The translations under genes were made by a program, and so were the position numbers. This document shows, piece after piece, positions 8,485 to 17,514 of a stretch of 64,000 nt of DNA. The stretch covers positions 1-64,000 of the IMG/VR virus record IMGVR_UViG_3300047472_000309. One strand, 5' to 3'. The stretch's first letter is position 1. Each line of letters begins with the position of its first letter. A model generated the notes under the pieces. That model was not told the origin of the DNA. It saw nothing but the letters and a program-made list of their open reading frames with translations, and did not search any database.

Positions 8485-9621
8485 ATGCACGGCCTTTTTA
8501 ATTTGTTGCCCGGTGTGAATCTGCCCACCATGTATGCAGCAAATTGGCATTACGCCAAAGAGGGACTCAGACACAACCTCAAAAAGGTCGTGGAGTTCTA
8601 CCACACGCATTCCATGGCCGTCGAATCGGAACACTTTCTGATTCGTTTGTTGCAGTCCATCAGCACACCTAAAGCCCTGAGCCTCGATCGGTATTACGCA
8701 ATCGTGGACGCACTGTCATTGAATCTTGGCATGGCGTTAAAAATGACTTCGTCGATTTCCAAGGGTCATGTGTTTTCCGGCGTGTTCTATGGGCCGGGTT
8801 GCACCGAAGTCTTGATTGCGGAAAATGCGGAGTTCGATCCTGTCGACGCCACTCGCAACTGGGAGCATGTCCAGGCGATCCGGGTACTGCGTCATCCGCG
8901 CAGTGATCTGATGCTCAATCTCCCCGATGGGAAGAAGACCGGTTCGGAAGAAGGCATCGCCGTGATTGCGATCAATATCCCGATGCTGGCGGTGCAGTAC
9001 CGGGCGTTTCGCCTACAGGAAGATGCGTATACGGCTCGCACCGGGGAGCCGGGTCGCACCATCCAGCAGTTTGTCCACATGCACGTACTGCCCAATATGC
9101 TCTACACGCATCTGGACTACGTGATCCTGAACCGGATCTGGAATCTGCTGCATGGTGCGCCGATGGGTGAAGGTAAACCCCACTCCTTCTACATCACGGA
9201 CTTCAATCAGAAGCTCAACGCAGTGCACACCACGATCCTCACGAATCTGCAGGCCGTGGGACAGGACTTTACCGGAGTGTTGCGCAGTATTCCGACCGTG
9301 ACCCAAGACAATCTGGATGAGGCCCTGGCGATTCCGGAGATGGCGCCCACCCGGCAAGTGGAATGGGCCTTGGCCTTGTCGCGCTTTCCGGCGCTGGATG
9401 TGATGGTGGATCTCACTGAAGGCGGTAACCAGGGCGGGGCGAATATCCGCAACCAGCAACAGTTGAATATCCTGATGCAAGCGGTGCGCCAGTATCGTTC
9501 AGGCGCTTACTTCTCGAGTGTGCTGACGGGCGATGTGTTGTACGACGTCAATACGGAAATCGACGAGCTGGTAGAGAAGATTCGTCAACGCGGTGGCACA
9601 GTGATGGCAACGCCACAATAA
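8485..9621 (+). CDS. Conserved phiKZ-like protein (gp52-like by position)
   Basis: 378-aa ORF between the DNA polymerase and chimallin genes, on the opposite strand; AGGA RBS and an upstream TATG. Confidence 0.75.
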   Translation: MHGLFNLLPGVNLPTMYAANWHYAKEGLRHNLKKVVEFYHTHSMAVESEHFLIRLLQSISTPKALSLDRYYAIVDALSLNLGMALKMTSSISKGHVFSGVFYGPGCTEVLIAENAEFDPVDATRNWEHVQAIRVLRHPRSDLMLNLPDGKKTGSEEGIAVIAINIPMLAVQYRAFRLQEDAYTARTGEPGRTIQQFVHMHVLPNMLYTHLDYVILNRIWNLLHGAPMGEGKPHSFYITDFNQKLNAVHTTILTNLQAVGQDFTGVLRSIPTVTQDNLDEALAIPEMAPTRQVEWALALSRFPALDVMVDLTEGGNQGGANIRNQQQLNILMQAVRQYRSGAYFSSVLTGDVLYDVNTEIDELVEKIRQRGGTVMATPQ

Positions 9622-9631
9622 CGACTAATAA

Positions 9632-9670
9632 CGGCATAAGGCCCGAGGGTTTCCCTCGGGCTCTATGACG
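9632..9670. repeat. CGGCATA-hairpin-TATGACG intergenic palindrome (probable bidirectional terminator)
   Basis: CGGCATAAGGCCCGAGGGTTTCCCTCGGGCTCTATGACG between convergent genes. Confidence 0.8.
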
Positions 9671-9679
9671 CTGAAACGT

Positions 9680-9961
9680 CTACTTCGTACACCGAGTAAT
9701 GACCCCGCGCTTCTTGCGCTCTTGAACTGCCAAACGCAAAACATCCACGCCCACAATCTTCTTGCAATACAACTGCTGTCCCGAGTAGGTGGCGGCGATA
9801 AATCCATCATCGCCTGCGTAAACGATTTTGGACAGGTACCCGTCGCGTACCAGGGTGTTTACGGCGAGTTTGTCCTCGACCTCGTCTTTATGCAAAGGAC
9901 CTTCCTCGACCATTTTCACCATGATCGCGATGTGACTGGTCTCCAACTGTGTTGCGGACAT
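9680..9961 (-). CDS. Hypothetical protein (possible winged helix)
   Basis: Likely start MSATQLE; the track extends it to 10030. Confidence 0.6.
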   Translation of the reverse strand: MSATQLETSHIAIMVKMVEEGPLHKDEVEDKLAVNTLVRDGYLSKIVYAGDDGFIAATYSGQQLYCKKIVGVDVLRLAVQERKKRGVITRCTK

Positions 9962-10196
9962 TATAACCCCAAAAGTAGCGTATTGTTTCCTTTTCTCGAG
10001 TGGCCCGAAACCCCACTCATAACGATGCACTATTTAACGGCATATGGGGTCGATCACCAACCTCGCCCGGTACAGGACGCGGTCAGTGATCTTTTGCGCC
10101 CCTCTCCAATTAACAGTGAGAGGAGCGCTCGCCCGTTCAGCTCAATAAGGGTAAGGGGTGACGACACTAAGCTGACGTGAATGTCCAGCCTACAAC

Positions 10197-12326
10197 TTAG
10201 TGTGAGTCTGACACCAAACGTGTCAATTTGTCGTTGGACAGATAAATGCCCAACGTTTCGAGGATAATGTAAAACACGCGCGTAGCATCCGCAACGATCT
10301 TACGCACCCCGGCCACCTGGAGGATCTCAGTCGGAATCCCCTTAGTCTGGAGATTCTGTTCCGGCAATTGCACGGAGCCCACATAGCGCTTACCCATTCG
10401 CTTCATGTACGCTTCCATGCGCCCTGCCAGTTCACGATCCTCAAGCGATTCCAACCACTCACGGGTCTTGGTCGGTGTGTCCAGCTCGGTGGCAATCTTG
10501 ACACACGTGTACGGTACAGGGGGGGCGATACCATACTTGGGACCAAATACCTCGTTCCACATTACGTACTGCTGATACGGTGATTCTTCCGCCGACTTCG
10601 CGTACGAATCGGGCGTTTTGATCTGACCCATCCGGAAGAACTGATAGCCACCTTCGCCAATCGCCGTAAAGATCTGGCGCTCGATGTCAGCAATCGTTTT
10701 CAGGATGTCGTGAATCTTGATCTTCTCGCCCTTTAGCACCGAGTTCATGATAAAGAGCATCATCTTCTCGGCTTCCTTAATCACAAAGCGTGGCGCATTC
10801 GACGCCTTCAAGTGCACGCCCTTGATTTCCTTCTTGTACTCCTTGAAGAGGTTGCCTTCCTGGCAGCCAATCAAGGCGAAGTAGTGCTTGGCCACCTGGG
10901 TCGCGACAAACACGTCGAACTTGAATTCGTTCTTCATGGCGACTTTGTGGATGTACTTCTCCACAATCCCAAAGTTCGCACTCATGCGCGCCAACACGTG
11001 AATGATAGTCTGCGCTGCCAGGTACACCATCGAGGCCGCTACCGCATTACACTTCTCATCAAAACCGAGCCAGCCCTGATGCCAGAGCACCCAGTCTTGC
11101 ACGGTAAAGATAGTCGAGTCCGTATCCGACGTAATCGCCGAACGACGAATCGAGTCCGGGAAAAACGCGAGAGAAGCAGGTACGTTGGTCGTCACCCAGA
11201 AGGCCGCGATCAGGTCCCGATACTCTTCCCCCACGTCGCCGATGTTCTTGGCTGTCGAGGCGAGAATACCGCGCGCCTCACCGACGATTTCATGCATCTG
11301 CAAGCCCTTGGTGTAGCGCTCACAGATTTGGGCTGCCAGGTGAACGTGTTCTTCTTGCACCGTCTTCAAGATGCTGTCAGGCTCCGGATGCGGCACTTCC
11401 ACCATCATCGACAACTTGCTGATGAAGGTCCGCACCACCTCGTCATTAAAGCGCATCAGGTGGTACAAGTCCCCCGTGTAGACAAAGGCAGAGCGCTGCT
11501 CGGGTGAGAGCGTCTTCACCAGGTCATACACCTTCTTCATCTTGAACTTGTCGCGCACATAGAAGTTGGTCGAGTACATGATGCATTCCATCGTCTCATC
11601 GACCGACGGATGACGAATGCCAAACTTGCGCATCGCCGCAGCTTGCGCTGCATAGTCCGTGTGGTTGATAATCGAGATGATATTCTGCATGCAGATCTCG
11701 ATCGACCAGTAATGGCGATTGCCCGAGAGGAACTTCTCGTTATTCGCATTGCCAAAGCCCGAGGTCGAGCGACAGTTCGAGGTGAGCGTCGAGTGGGCGG
11801 TCTTGTTGTACAGCGGCGTCGAAGGACTGACGTGCGCACCCGAGATCGAGTTATTCGCCAGCTTCTTATTGGTCTGCTCATTGTCCTTGATCTGCATCAG
11901 GACGACGTCGCCTTCCATTTCCGCTTTGAACTTGGCCTTCTTCGCCACCCCCCGTGCCTTCACGTTGCCCTCGATGTAATCAACGAGCGGTGACTGCTTC
12001 ACATCGGGATGCAAATACGTGGTAAGCGTCGGGGCAATGAGTTCTTTGTTACGGATCGAATCATTCAGGTAGGCTTGTAGCGTACCTTCCATCTGGACCC
12101 GGTCACCGTTTTCTTGGCGCTCCAGGTAGACGATCTTCGGGTCCTTGAATTCGAACTGTCCGCCAGGACGCATCTCTGTTTTCACAAAGGTGGTGCAGTC
12201 CTCGATCGGTGCCCCCGTCATTTGATGCAAATAGGTCGCGCAGTCCTGGACATAATAGCCCAGTACATTTAGATCGCGCTTGTACTGGGAAGGCGCCAGT
12301 ACAAATGGGTTGTTCGCTTCTGACAC
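10197..12326 (-). CDS. Family B DNA polymerase, polymerase-domain half (phiKZ gp50-like)
   Basis: Motif B KKLANNSISG, motif C SDTDS, KHY and IKGV motifs; no N-terminal exonuclease domain, consistent with the split polymerase of phiKZ-like phages. Confidence 0.92.
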   Translation of the reverse strand: MSEANNPFVLAPSQYKRDLNVLGYYVQDCATYLHQMTGAPIEDCTTFVKTEMRPGGQFEFKDPKIVYLERQENGDRVQMEGTLQAYLNDSIRNKELIAPTLTTYLHPDVKQSPLVDYIEGNVKARGVAKKAKFKAEMEGDVVLMQIKDNEQTNKKLANNSISGAHVSPSTPLYNKTAHSTLTSNCRSTSGFGNANNEKFLSGNRHYWSIEICMQNIISIINHTDYAAQAAAMRKFGIRHPSVDETMECIMYSTNFYVRDKFKMKKVYDLVKTLSPEQRSAFVYTGDLYHLMRFNDEVVRTFISKLSMMVEVPHPEPDSILKTVQEEHVHLAAQICERYTKGLQMHEIVGEARGILASTAKNIGDVGEEYRDLIAAFWVTTNVPASLAFFPDSIRRSAITSDTDSTIFTVQDWVLWHQGWLGFDEKCNAVAASMVYLAAQTIIHVLARMSANFGIVEKYIHKVAMKNEFKFDVFVATQVAKHYFALIGCQEGNLFKEYKKEIKGVHLKASNAPRFVIKEAEKMMLFIMNSVLKGEKIKIHDILKTIADIERQIFTAIGEGGYQFFRMGQIKTPDSYAKSAEESPYQQYVMWNEVFGPKYGIAPPVPYTCVKIATELDTPTKTREWLESLEDRELAGRMEAYMKRMGKRYVGSVQLPEQNLQTKGIPTEILQVAGVRKIVADATRVFYIILETLGIYLSNDKLTRLVSDSH

Positions 12327-12389
12327 TTTGTTTTACTCCTTGTCGACCTACATGATCAAGGCGCCCAATAAAAACGAATCGACGGCATA

Positions 12390-12846
12390 AAAAGGAAAAA
12401 AGGGCGAGGAGCGGTTTCGGGCCGCCACCTCGCCTAAATACAGGTCGTTACAAGTACCGAAAAGGAAAACCAGTCACTGAACATGCCCGAGCGATTCGGA
12501 GCCACAGAGACTCTACTACCACTACCACTTCAACCAAAATCGAGGTAGACAGGGGCCAGCTTACTCTTAATCCACGCGATCGACCAACTTCCACAGGAGA
12601 CTCCTATATTCGCCAAAGAGCGCTTGCGGAGGCGCAGAGCAGCGATAGGAGTAGGATCGATGTACGAGGAAACGCCGGTGCCAGGGGAAACAAGGAGGAA
12701 ACCCCAGCAGCGTGAATAAGCCAGCCCCGCGTCTAGGCATACGGCGCGGTAGCCCGCGGGAGGGCTCGCGCGAGAGTCCTTACCGGCACCAGTCAGGAGG
12801 AGGCCTGATGTCGATGAGGGTACAGGCTTGCCGGGCCTTTCTCTTC
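12390..12846 (+). ncRNA. Candidate structured RNA with GGA-rich loops
   Basis: No ORF of 60 aa or more. At least six stems whose mismatches are G-U on the + strand; about 16 GGA versus 4 TCC; ends in hairpin plus TTTCTCTT. Confidence 0.55.
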
Positions 12847-12893
12847 AGAACATTACGGATGGGCGATATAAATTAACTAGGGTAAACCCTGGC

Positions 12894-13295
12894 TTATTTG
12901 ATCGCTACCGTAACGAAGTTGTAACCGTTGGCGGCCAAAATAGCCTGAACCTTCGGAATGTCCTGTGGGGTCACCTGGGCGATGGTCGCCGTGATGGTCT
13001 GCGCGGTGATGAGCGTGACCGACGAGTCGTCGATCCATGCCACGCCCAAAATCTGCGTGTTGCCGTTTTGCGTCTTGACCTTGATGTACAGGTACGCGGC
13101 TGGATCGTTCGGTGTGTTGGTTTGCGGACCGAAGAGCGGGTAGAACTGCACGTGCAAGGACGTGACGTCCTCGTCCTTCATCGCGTCTTCATACGACATC
13201 ACCGAGGTGACCTTGACGTTCTGCCAGTCGCTGCCCAGCAGAGGCGGATAGACGTTAAACGAGTACGTCTGCCCGATAGCAAAATTGTAAGCCAT
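12894..13295 (-). CDS. Conserved phiKZ-like protein (gp49-like by position)
   Basis: Start MAYNFAIG; beta-rich; adjacent to the DNA polymerase gene. Confidence 0.7.
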   Translation of the reverse strand: MAYNFAIGQTYSFNVYPPLLGSDWQNVKVTSVMSYEDAMKDEDVTSLHVQFYPLFGPQTNTPNDPAAYLYIKVKTQNGNTQILGVAWIDDSSVTLITAQTITATIAQVTPQDIPKVQAILAANGYNFVTVAIK

Positions 13296-13328
13296 GGTTT
13301 CCCGTGCCCAAATGAACAAAAAAAAAGA

Positions 13329-13730
13329 TCAGAAGGGCAGGTGATCCAAAATCACGTCGTCACCGAGAAACTGGTGGACGTAGTACGGGAAGCCGTAGCC
13401 GCTACCGGCTGCTCCTGTACGTAGCCCACGCAGCCCCTCGAGACGCGCGTACACACTCTGTGCCAGATTTTGAACCGCTGCCCGCAATCGCTGATACTCG
13501 CTAGACGCCGTGTTTTCATAAACCGGGTCTACTATACGATTGGTAATGGGCAGCGCCTCAAGTCGGGCGGGACCGTTCGCTGAATAGTCCAAAAACACTT
13601 CGAAGATCTGCGTGAGGATTTCGCGCTTATCGTTGAAGTGAATAGGCAAACCTTGCACTTCAAACAGAAACTGCGCCCAGAGATCCGCGGTCTCAAAGAT
13701 CATGAGTCTGCTGTAATGCTCGTTTGCCAT
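13329..13730 (-). CDS. Hypothetical protein, tandem paralogue 7
   Basis: Start MANEHY; C-terminal FPYYVHQFLGDDVIL. Confidence 0.7.
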   Translation of the reverse strand: MANEHYSRLMIFETADLWAQFLFEVQGLPIHFNDKREILTQIFEVFLDYSANGPARLEALPITNRIVDPVYENTASSEYQRLRAAVQNLAQSVYARLEGLRGLRTGAAGSGYGFPYYVHQFLGDDVILDHLPF

Positions 13731-13737
13731 GGTCGAT

Positions 13738-14220
13738 TCACAGGTTAGGGATATGGTCAGCGTGCAGGTGGCGCAGCACCATGTCACGGCCAAGCCAGTC
13801 GTGGAACTGATAGTACAGGTAGCCGTTCTGGTAGGCGCGCATCAGCCGTAGCTTCTGGAGCACCGACTCACCAAACTTATTGATGAGGCCCGCCAGGCGC
13901 GTAAACGACTCTTCGCCGCTCGTGCCTAACTGTTCCTGAAACAGATCGACACAGGCAAAGTTCAGCTCATGCAGCGCCTGCTTCTCGTAGTGGATTGACT
14001 CCATCACGATCTGCGCGACCATGTCCATCACGGTGTGGGGGAACTTATCCACCACCATGATGGGGGTCGTGGCGGTAGCAATTAACGAATCCAACTCGCG
14101 CGCCTTCCACAGCAGCGCCGCCATGTCAGAGTCGGTATCCAGAACCAAAAAGGTCGAAGGGGGCTGGCTGTGGACCGAACTCCTCAAAATCGGCCTTGGC
14201 AAACCGGACAAGATGGTCAC
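13738..14220 (-). CDS. Hypothetical protein, tandem paralogue 6
   Basis: GTG 14220 preceded by GGAGG at 6-nt spacing; C-terminal YLYYQFHDWLGRDMVL. Confidence 0.65.
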   Translation of the reverse strand: MTILSGLPRPILRSSVHSQPPSTFLVLDTDSDMAALLWKARELDSLIATATTPIMVVDKFPHTVMDMVAQIVMESIHYEKQALHELNFACVDLFQEQLGTSGEESFTRLAGLINKFGESVLQKLRLMRAYQNGYLYYQFHDWLGRDMVLRHLHADHIPNL

Positions 14221-14581
14221 TGTGGACCTCCGCAAAATGATAGGGAAAATAGCCGTCAGGCGGCAGATAAGCGTTGTACTCAAAGCGCAACCGATCTCGC
14301 ATGGCGAGCCCCATCTTCATCACCGCTTCAAACATATCGCGATGAGGACCACGGGGAATATCGGCTTCCTCGATGCGGAACTCCTGGTAGCCGCAGTCGT
14401 ACGCCAGTACGATCGCCACTTCCGTAAGCTCAGACTCTGCACAATCATACACGCTAATTGCCGAGAACACGCTCGCCAGCACTTCGTTCAAATCAAAGGG
14501 CGGACGAAAAGGCTGGGTCGCCACGCGCAGAAACCCATGGATCTCTTGCGTGAAGTCGATCAATAGGTTTTCAGTATACAC
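14126..14581 (-). CDS. Hypothetical protein, tandem paralogue 5
   Basis: GTG start overlapping the upstream stop; YFPYHFAEVHSDHLV. Confidence 0.65.
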   Translation of the reverse strand: MYTENLLIDFTQEIHGFLRVATQPFRPPFDLNEVLASVFSAISVYDCAESELTEVAIVLAYDCGYQEFRIEEADIPRGPHRDMFEAVMKMGLAMRDRLRFEYNAYLPPDGYFPYHFAEVHSDHLVRFAKADFEEFGPQPAPFDLFGSGYRL

Positions 14582-15056
14582 GGCGTTTTCCCCAATTACT
14601 GGTGAGGACCTCGATGCCCACCACCAGATCTCGACCGATCCAGCGCGGACTTTGGTCGTCGATGTGGTAAGGTCGGCTGCTAAAGAGATCTTGCATGATG
14701 AGCAGTACTTGCTCTTCAATGGACTGCGTGATCATCTCGAGCTCACCCACGCGGCTCATGTATTCGCTTAAATCCACGGACGTATGTTTAATACGGCCCG
14801 TGCGCTCATCGAACTGTTCATGACGCCGGTTCACGTAACTGTCAAACTTCTTCAACACGAAATCCACCAGCTCACTGTGATGATGTTGCAGCGAGCGCTG
14901 GTACTCAGTGTACGGCGAGGTTTCCTGAAACGACGTGCCCAAGACGGCATTCTTCACGACGGAATGCACCCCGCCCCTCAGAAAGAGCTTGAACAACTCA
15001 TCGTACACCATGGATTCCGTGATCAAATCACACGTCGGCAATATGAAAACGGACAT
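14571..15056 (-). CDS. Hypothetical protein, tandem paralogue 4
   Basis: Start MSVFILP with AAACAAGGA RBS; PYHI...WIGRDLVV. Confidence 0.7.
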   Translation of the reverse strand: MSVFILPTCDLITESMVYDELFKLFLRGGVHSVVKNAVLGTSFQETSPYTEYQRSLQHHHSELVDFVLKKFDSYVNRRHEQFDERTGRIKHTSVDLSEYMSRVGELEMITQSIEEQVLLIMQDLFSSRPYHIDDQSPRWIGRDLVVGIEVLTSNWGKRRVY

Positions 15057-15094
15057 GGTTGCTATTCCTTGTTTCGATTGTAATGACCTGTTAC

Positions 15095-15538
15095 TTACAG
15101 TCTCACGGGCTCGTACACAGGATCGACGGGGCGGGCACGAAACTCCGTGACCACCACATCCCATGCGCCAGTAAGATCAGCGTACGCCTCTGTGGACGTA
15201 TCGCTTAACTTCAAGTGCGGCAACACCGCGCCGATGTAATCGACGATCATGTCAAACGCACGGTTACACAACTGGTGCGCAGCGTTATGGTTCATGCCTG
15301 AGTTCTGCAACAGGGCTTTAGCTGTGACCAGGTATTCAGAAGGATGCTCTTCGCAGGTGTTGTCAAACACGTCCTTGAGCAAAGCTTCCAGGAGCGGGCC
15401 ACTATCGTAGCTTCTCCAGTTCGGATCAAGTGCTGCTTCCGGATTGCGTGGGTTACGCTTGCGTGCTTGATACAGAGCCAGCTCGCGTTGCACGAACATG
15501 CCCACATCCAGCAGCGAAATCACCGTACTGCTTCTCAT
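15095..15538 (-). CDS. Hypothetical protein, tandem paralogue 3
   Basis: 147-aa ORF in the same-strand array. Confidence 0.7.
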   Translation of the reverse strand: MRSSTVISLLDVGMFVQRELALYQARKRNPRNPEAALDPNWRSYDSGPLLEALLKDVFDNTCEEHPSEYLVTAKALLQNSGMNHNAAHQLCNRAFDMIVDYIGAVLPHLKLSDTSTEAYADLTGAWDVVVTEFRARPVDPVYEPVRL

Positions 15539-15563
15539 CTACTCATCCCCGACACGCGCTCTG

Positions 15564-16373
15564 TTAATCTTCAAAATCGCGTCCGTGCTCCATCATCCAC
15601 GAGTAGATCCGATAGTCGATGGTCTTTTCCACCCGCACCGTCGTATTATCCACTTTCATGAAGTGCATGATCCAGCGATCTTGTCCCAAGAAGTCTGTCA
15701 ACTGATGTAGCATGTCGCTTAACTGCAGCGTGATGCTCTCACAGATCTCCTGAGAGGCGTAAAAAAGTTGCTTGTCCTGTTCCGTGATCCGCGAACGGCC
15801 CAGCTCATCAGTCGGTTCGTGCTCGAGCGCGATGATGTTGCCAGTCTCGCCCCAGGTGAATTTGGGATCAGTGGGATCTTTCGGATACTGGAATACCGAA
15901 TCGACCGTGATGCCGGAGCGCTGAAACTGCTCGAGCAGAAACGGCCGGATCACCGCATCAAAATTCAGCTTCTTGTGGCCACGACGAATGCGACCCTGAC
16001 TGGACCATTTTGCATGGTTGATCACCATGTGGTCAATCAGCTCGACGAGCAAGTTACGAGCACGCAGCGAATAGCGTGACTGCGGCTTCAGATACGGCAA
16101 GTGGACTTTGGGGACCACGAGATTGGCTTCCGCGTCGAACACCTCATCGCGCAGCGGCAATTCGAACGAGGTGATCGGAATCGGCACCGCCACACTCTTG
16201 ACTGCTTCACCTGCGTAGAAATACGGCTGCCCTGCGATCATCACCGGCTCACACTGAGTCGGCAGGTACAAGCCTTCCGGATTGGGCAACATGTAGGGAC
16301 CTGCGGCAGCTTCCACCGCGTCGACCCAGTCTCCCAGATCCAGCACCAGCGTTCCAGTGATTTTCAGTTCCAT
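15564..16373 (-). CDS. Hypothetical protein, tandem paralogue 2 (long form)
   Basis: Start MELKITG overlapping the upstream gene end. Confidence 0.7.
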   Translation of the reverse strand: MELKITGTLVLDLGDWVDAVEAAAGPYMLPNPEGLYLPTQCEPVMIAGQPYFYAGEAVKSVAVPIPITSFELPLRDEVFDAEANLVVPKVHLPYLKPQSRYSLRARNLLVELIDHMVINHAKWSSQGRIRRGHKKLNFDAVIRPFLLEQFQRSGITVDSVFQYPKDPTDPKFTWGETGNIIALEHEPTDELGRSRITEQDKQLFYASQEICESITLQLSDMLHQLTDFLGQDRWIMHFMKVDNTTVRVEKTIDYRIYSWMMEHGRDFED

Positions 16374-16771
16374 TTTCTTTGGTAGTCGTAGTTCGTATTG
16401 GCAGGACGATTGTGGATGTAGTACCACAAGTACAGATCAATCCCGCGGATTTCTAAATCGATGAAGCAGTTATCCCCGTACAACTGCGGCACCTTGATGT
16501 ACTGGCCCGTGTAGTAATCCAGATCCAACTGTGAACGGATCTGGTCATGCAGTCGGGCAAAGCGCCAATCCCGCGGATCGTGGTTCACAGAGAACAAATG
16601 ATACACCTGCTCAATCTGTTCTTTCACGATCCATTCGATCAAGCGCTCTTCGCTTAACCCGGAGAAGACCAGTTGACTCGCAACGGCCCTCGTAGCGCCC
16701 TTTAAGACGCTCAGGAAGTCATGGATCTCCTGGATCAATAGCGCCCTAGGTTCGACGGTTAAGAGGTTCAT
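16364..16771 (-). CDS. Hypothetical protein, tandem paralogue 1
   Basis: 135-aa ORF with AAGGAG RBS. Confidence 0.75.
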   Translation of the reverse strand: MNLLTVEPRALLIQEIHDFLSVLKGATRAVASQLVFSGLSEERLIEWIVKEQIEQVYHLFSVNHDPRDWRFARLHDQIRSQLDLDYYTGQYIKVPQLYGDNCFIDLEIRGIDLYLWYYIHNRPANTNYDYQRKWN

Positions 16772-16837
16772 GGCGGCTCCTTATACACAGTATCCAGCGG
16801 CTACGTTTGTTTTGACTATTTGTGTAACTGCGGCATA

Positions 16838-17246
16838 AAAAAATAATCAGTCCCTTTTGCACCCTCCTACTGGAAGGCATAAAAGGGACTCACCTCGTCC
16901 GATGCTCACCCAAACAGCGACCCGTAAAACGGACTGTGGGATTGTTGCGATCGGAACTGAGGTGGTCTGGACATCTCAAGATGCGAGCCAAGAGTTAGGC
17001 CCTATCGCTCATCCTTACCACGACCCATGGGTCTAGTAAACGATTGCCTCGGGTACTCCCTTGAAAACTGTCGCACTTATTGCCTCCTGCTCACCGGGGG
17101 TGGCAGGCCATTACTCACGGAATGTAAAAGACTGCCTAGCCCCTAAATGCACCCCCTGCGCCTGATGCGCGGTTCGGCTGGTATGGGACTAAGAGTCTGC
17201 GCATGGCCAAATCATCGGTCCGAATCAACGGGCCAAGCGCATCGCC
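16838..17246 (-). ncRNA. Candidate structured RNA or long 3' trailer downstream of phuZ
   Basis: No ORF of 60 aa or more. Consecutive long helices, then an AGTCCCTTTT/AAAAGGGACT hairpin and U-run on the - strand. Confidence 0.45.
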
Positions 17247-17471
17247 TCAATGGCTGAAGGTACTACGAGCACCCTTAGCTCGCGTTGCCTTCCCCAGCTG
17301 GGGACGTCGCGCATGATGTCTATTCACCCGAGCTTGCGCCAGCCGAGGTGAGGACCGATGAACTTTGCGATTGGCGGCCGCTTGGAGGGAAGGGAACCAT
17401 GAAAAATCATGGTAGAGCCACTTCATCTCCCGCAGCCACCATCGAGCCAGGTTTCTCACATGGCTAAACAT
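17247..17471 (-). CDS. Small basic hypothetical protein
   Basis: 74 aa, AAGGA upstream, directly after phuZ. Confidence 0.45.
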   Translation of the reverse strand: MFSHVRNLARWWLREMKWLYHDFSWFPSLQAAANRKVHRSSPRLAQARVNRHHARRPQLGKATRAKGARSTFSH

Positions 17472-17514
17472 CGGTTCTTATTGCTTTCCTTATCGTGTTT
17501 GCTGCGTTCTTGTT

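Noticed and set aside
12390-12846. Reading this RNA on the - strand, ending at the A-run near 12390
   Set aside because: Disfavoured but not excluded: stem mismatches are G-U only on the + strand, and a + strand terminator exists at 12824-12846
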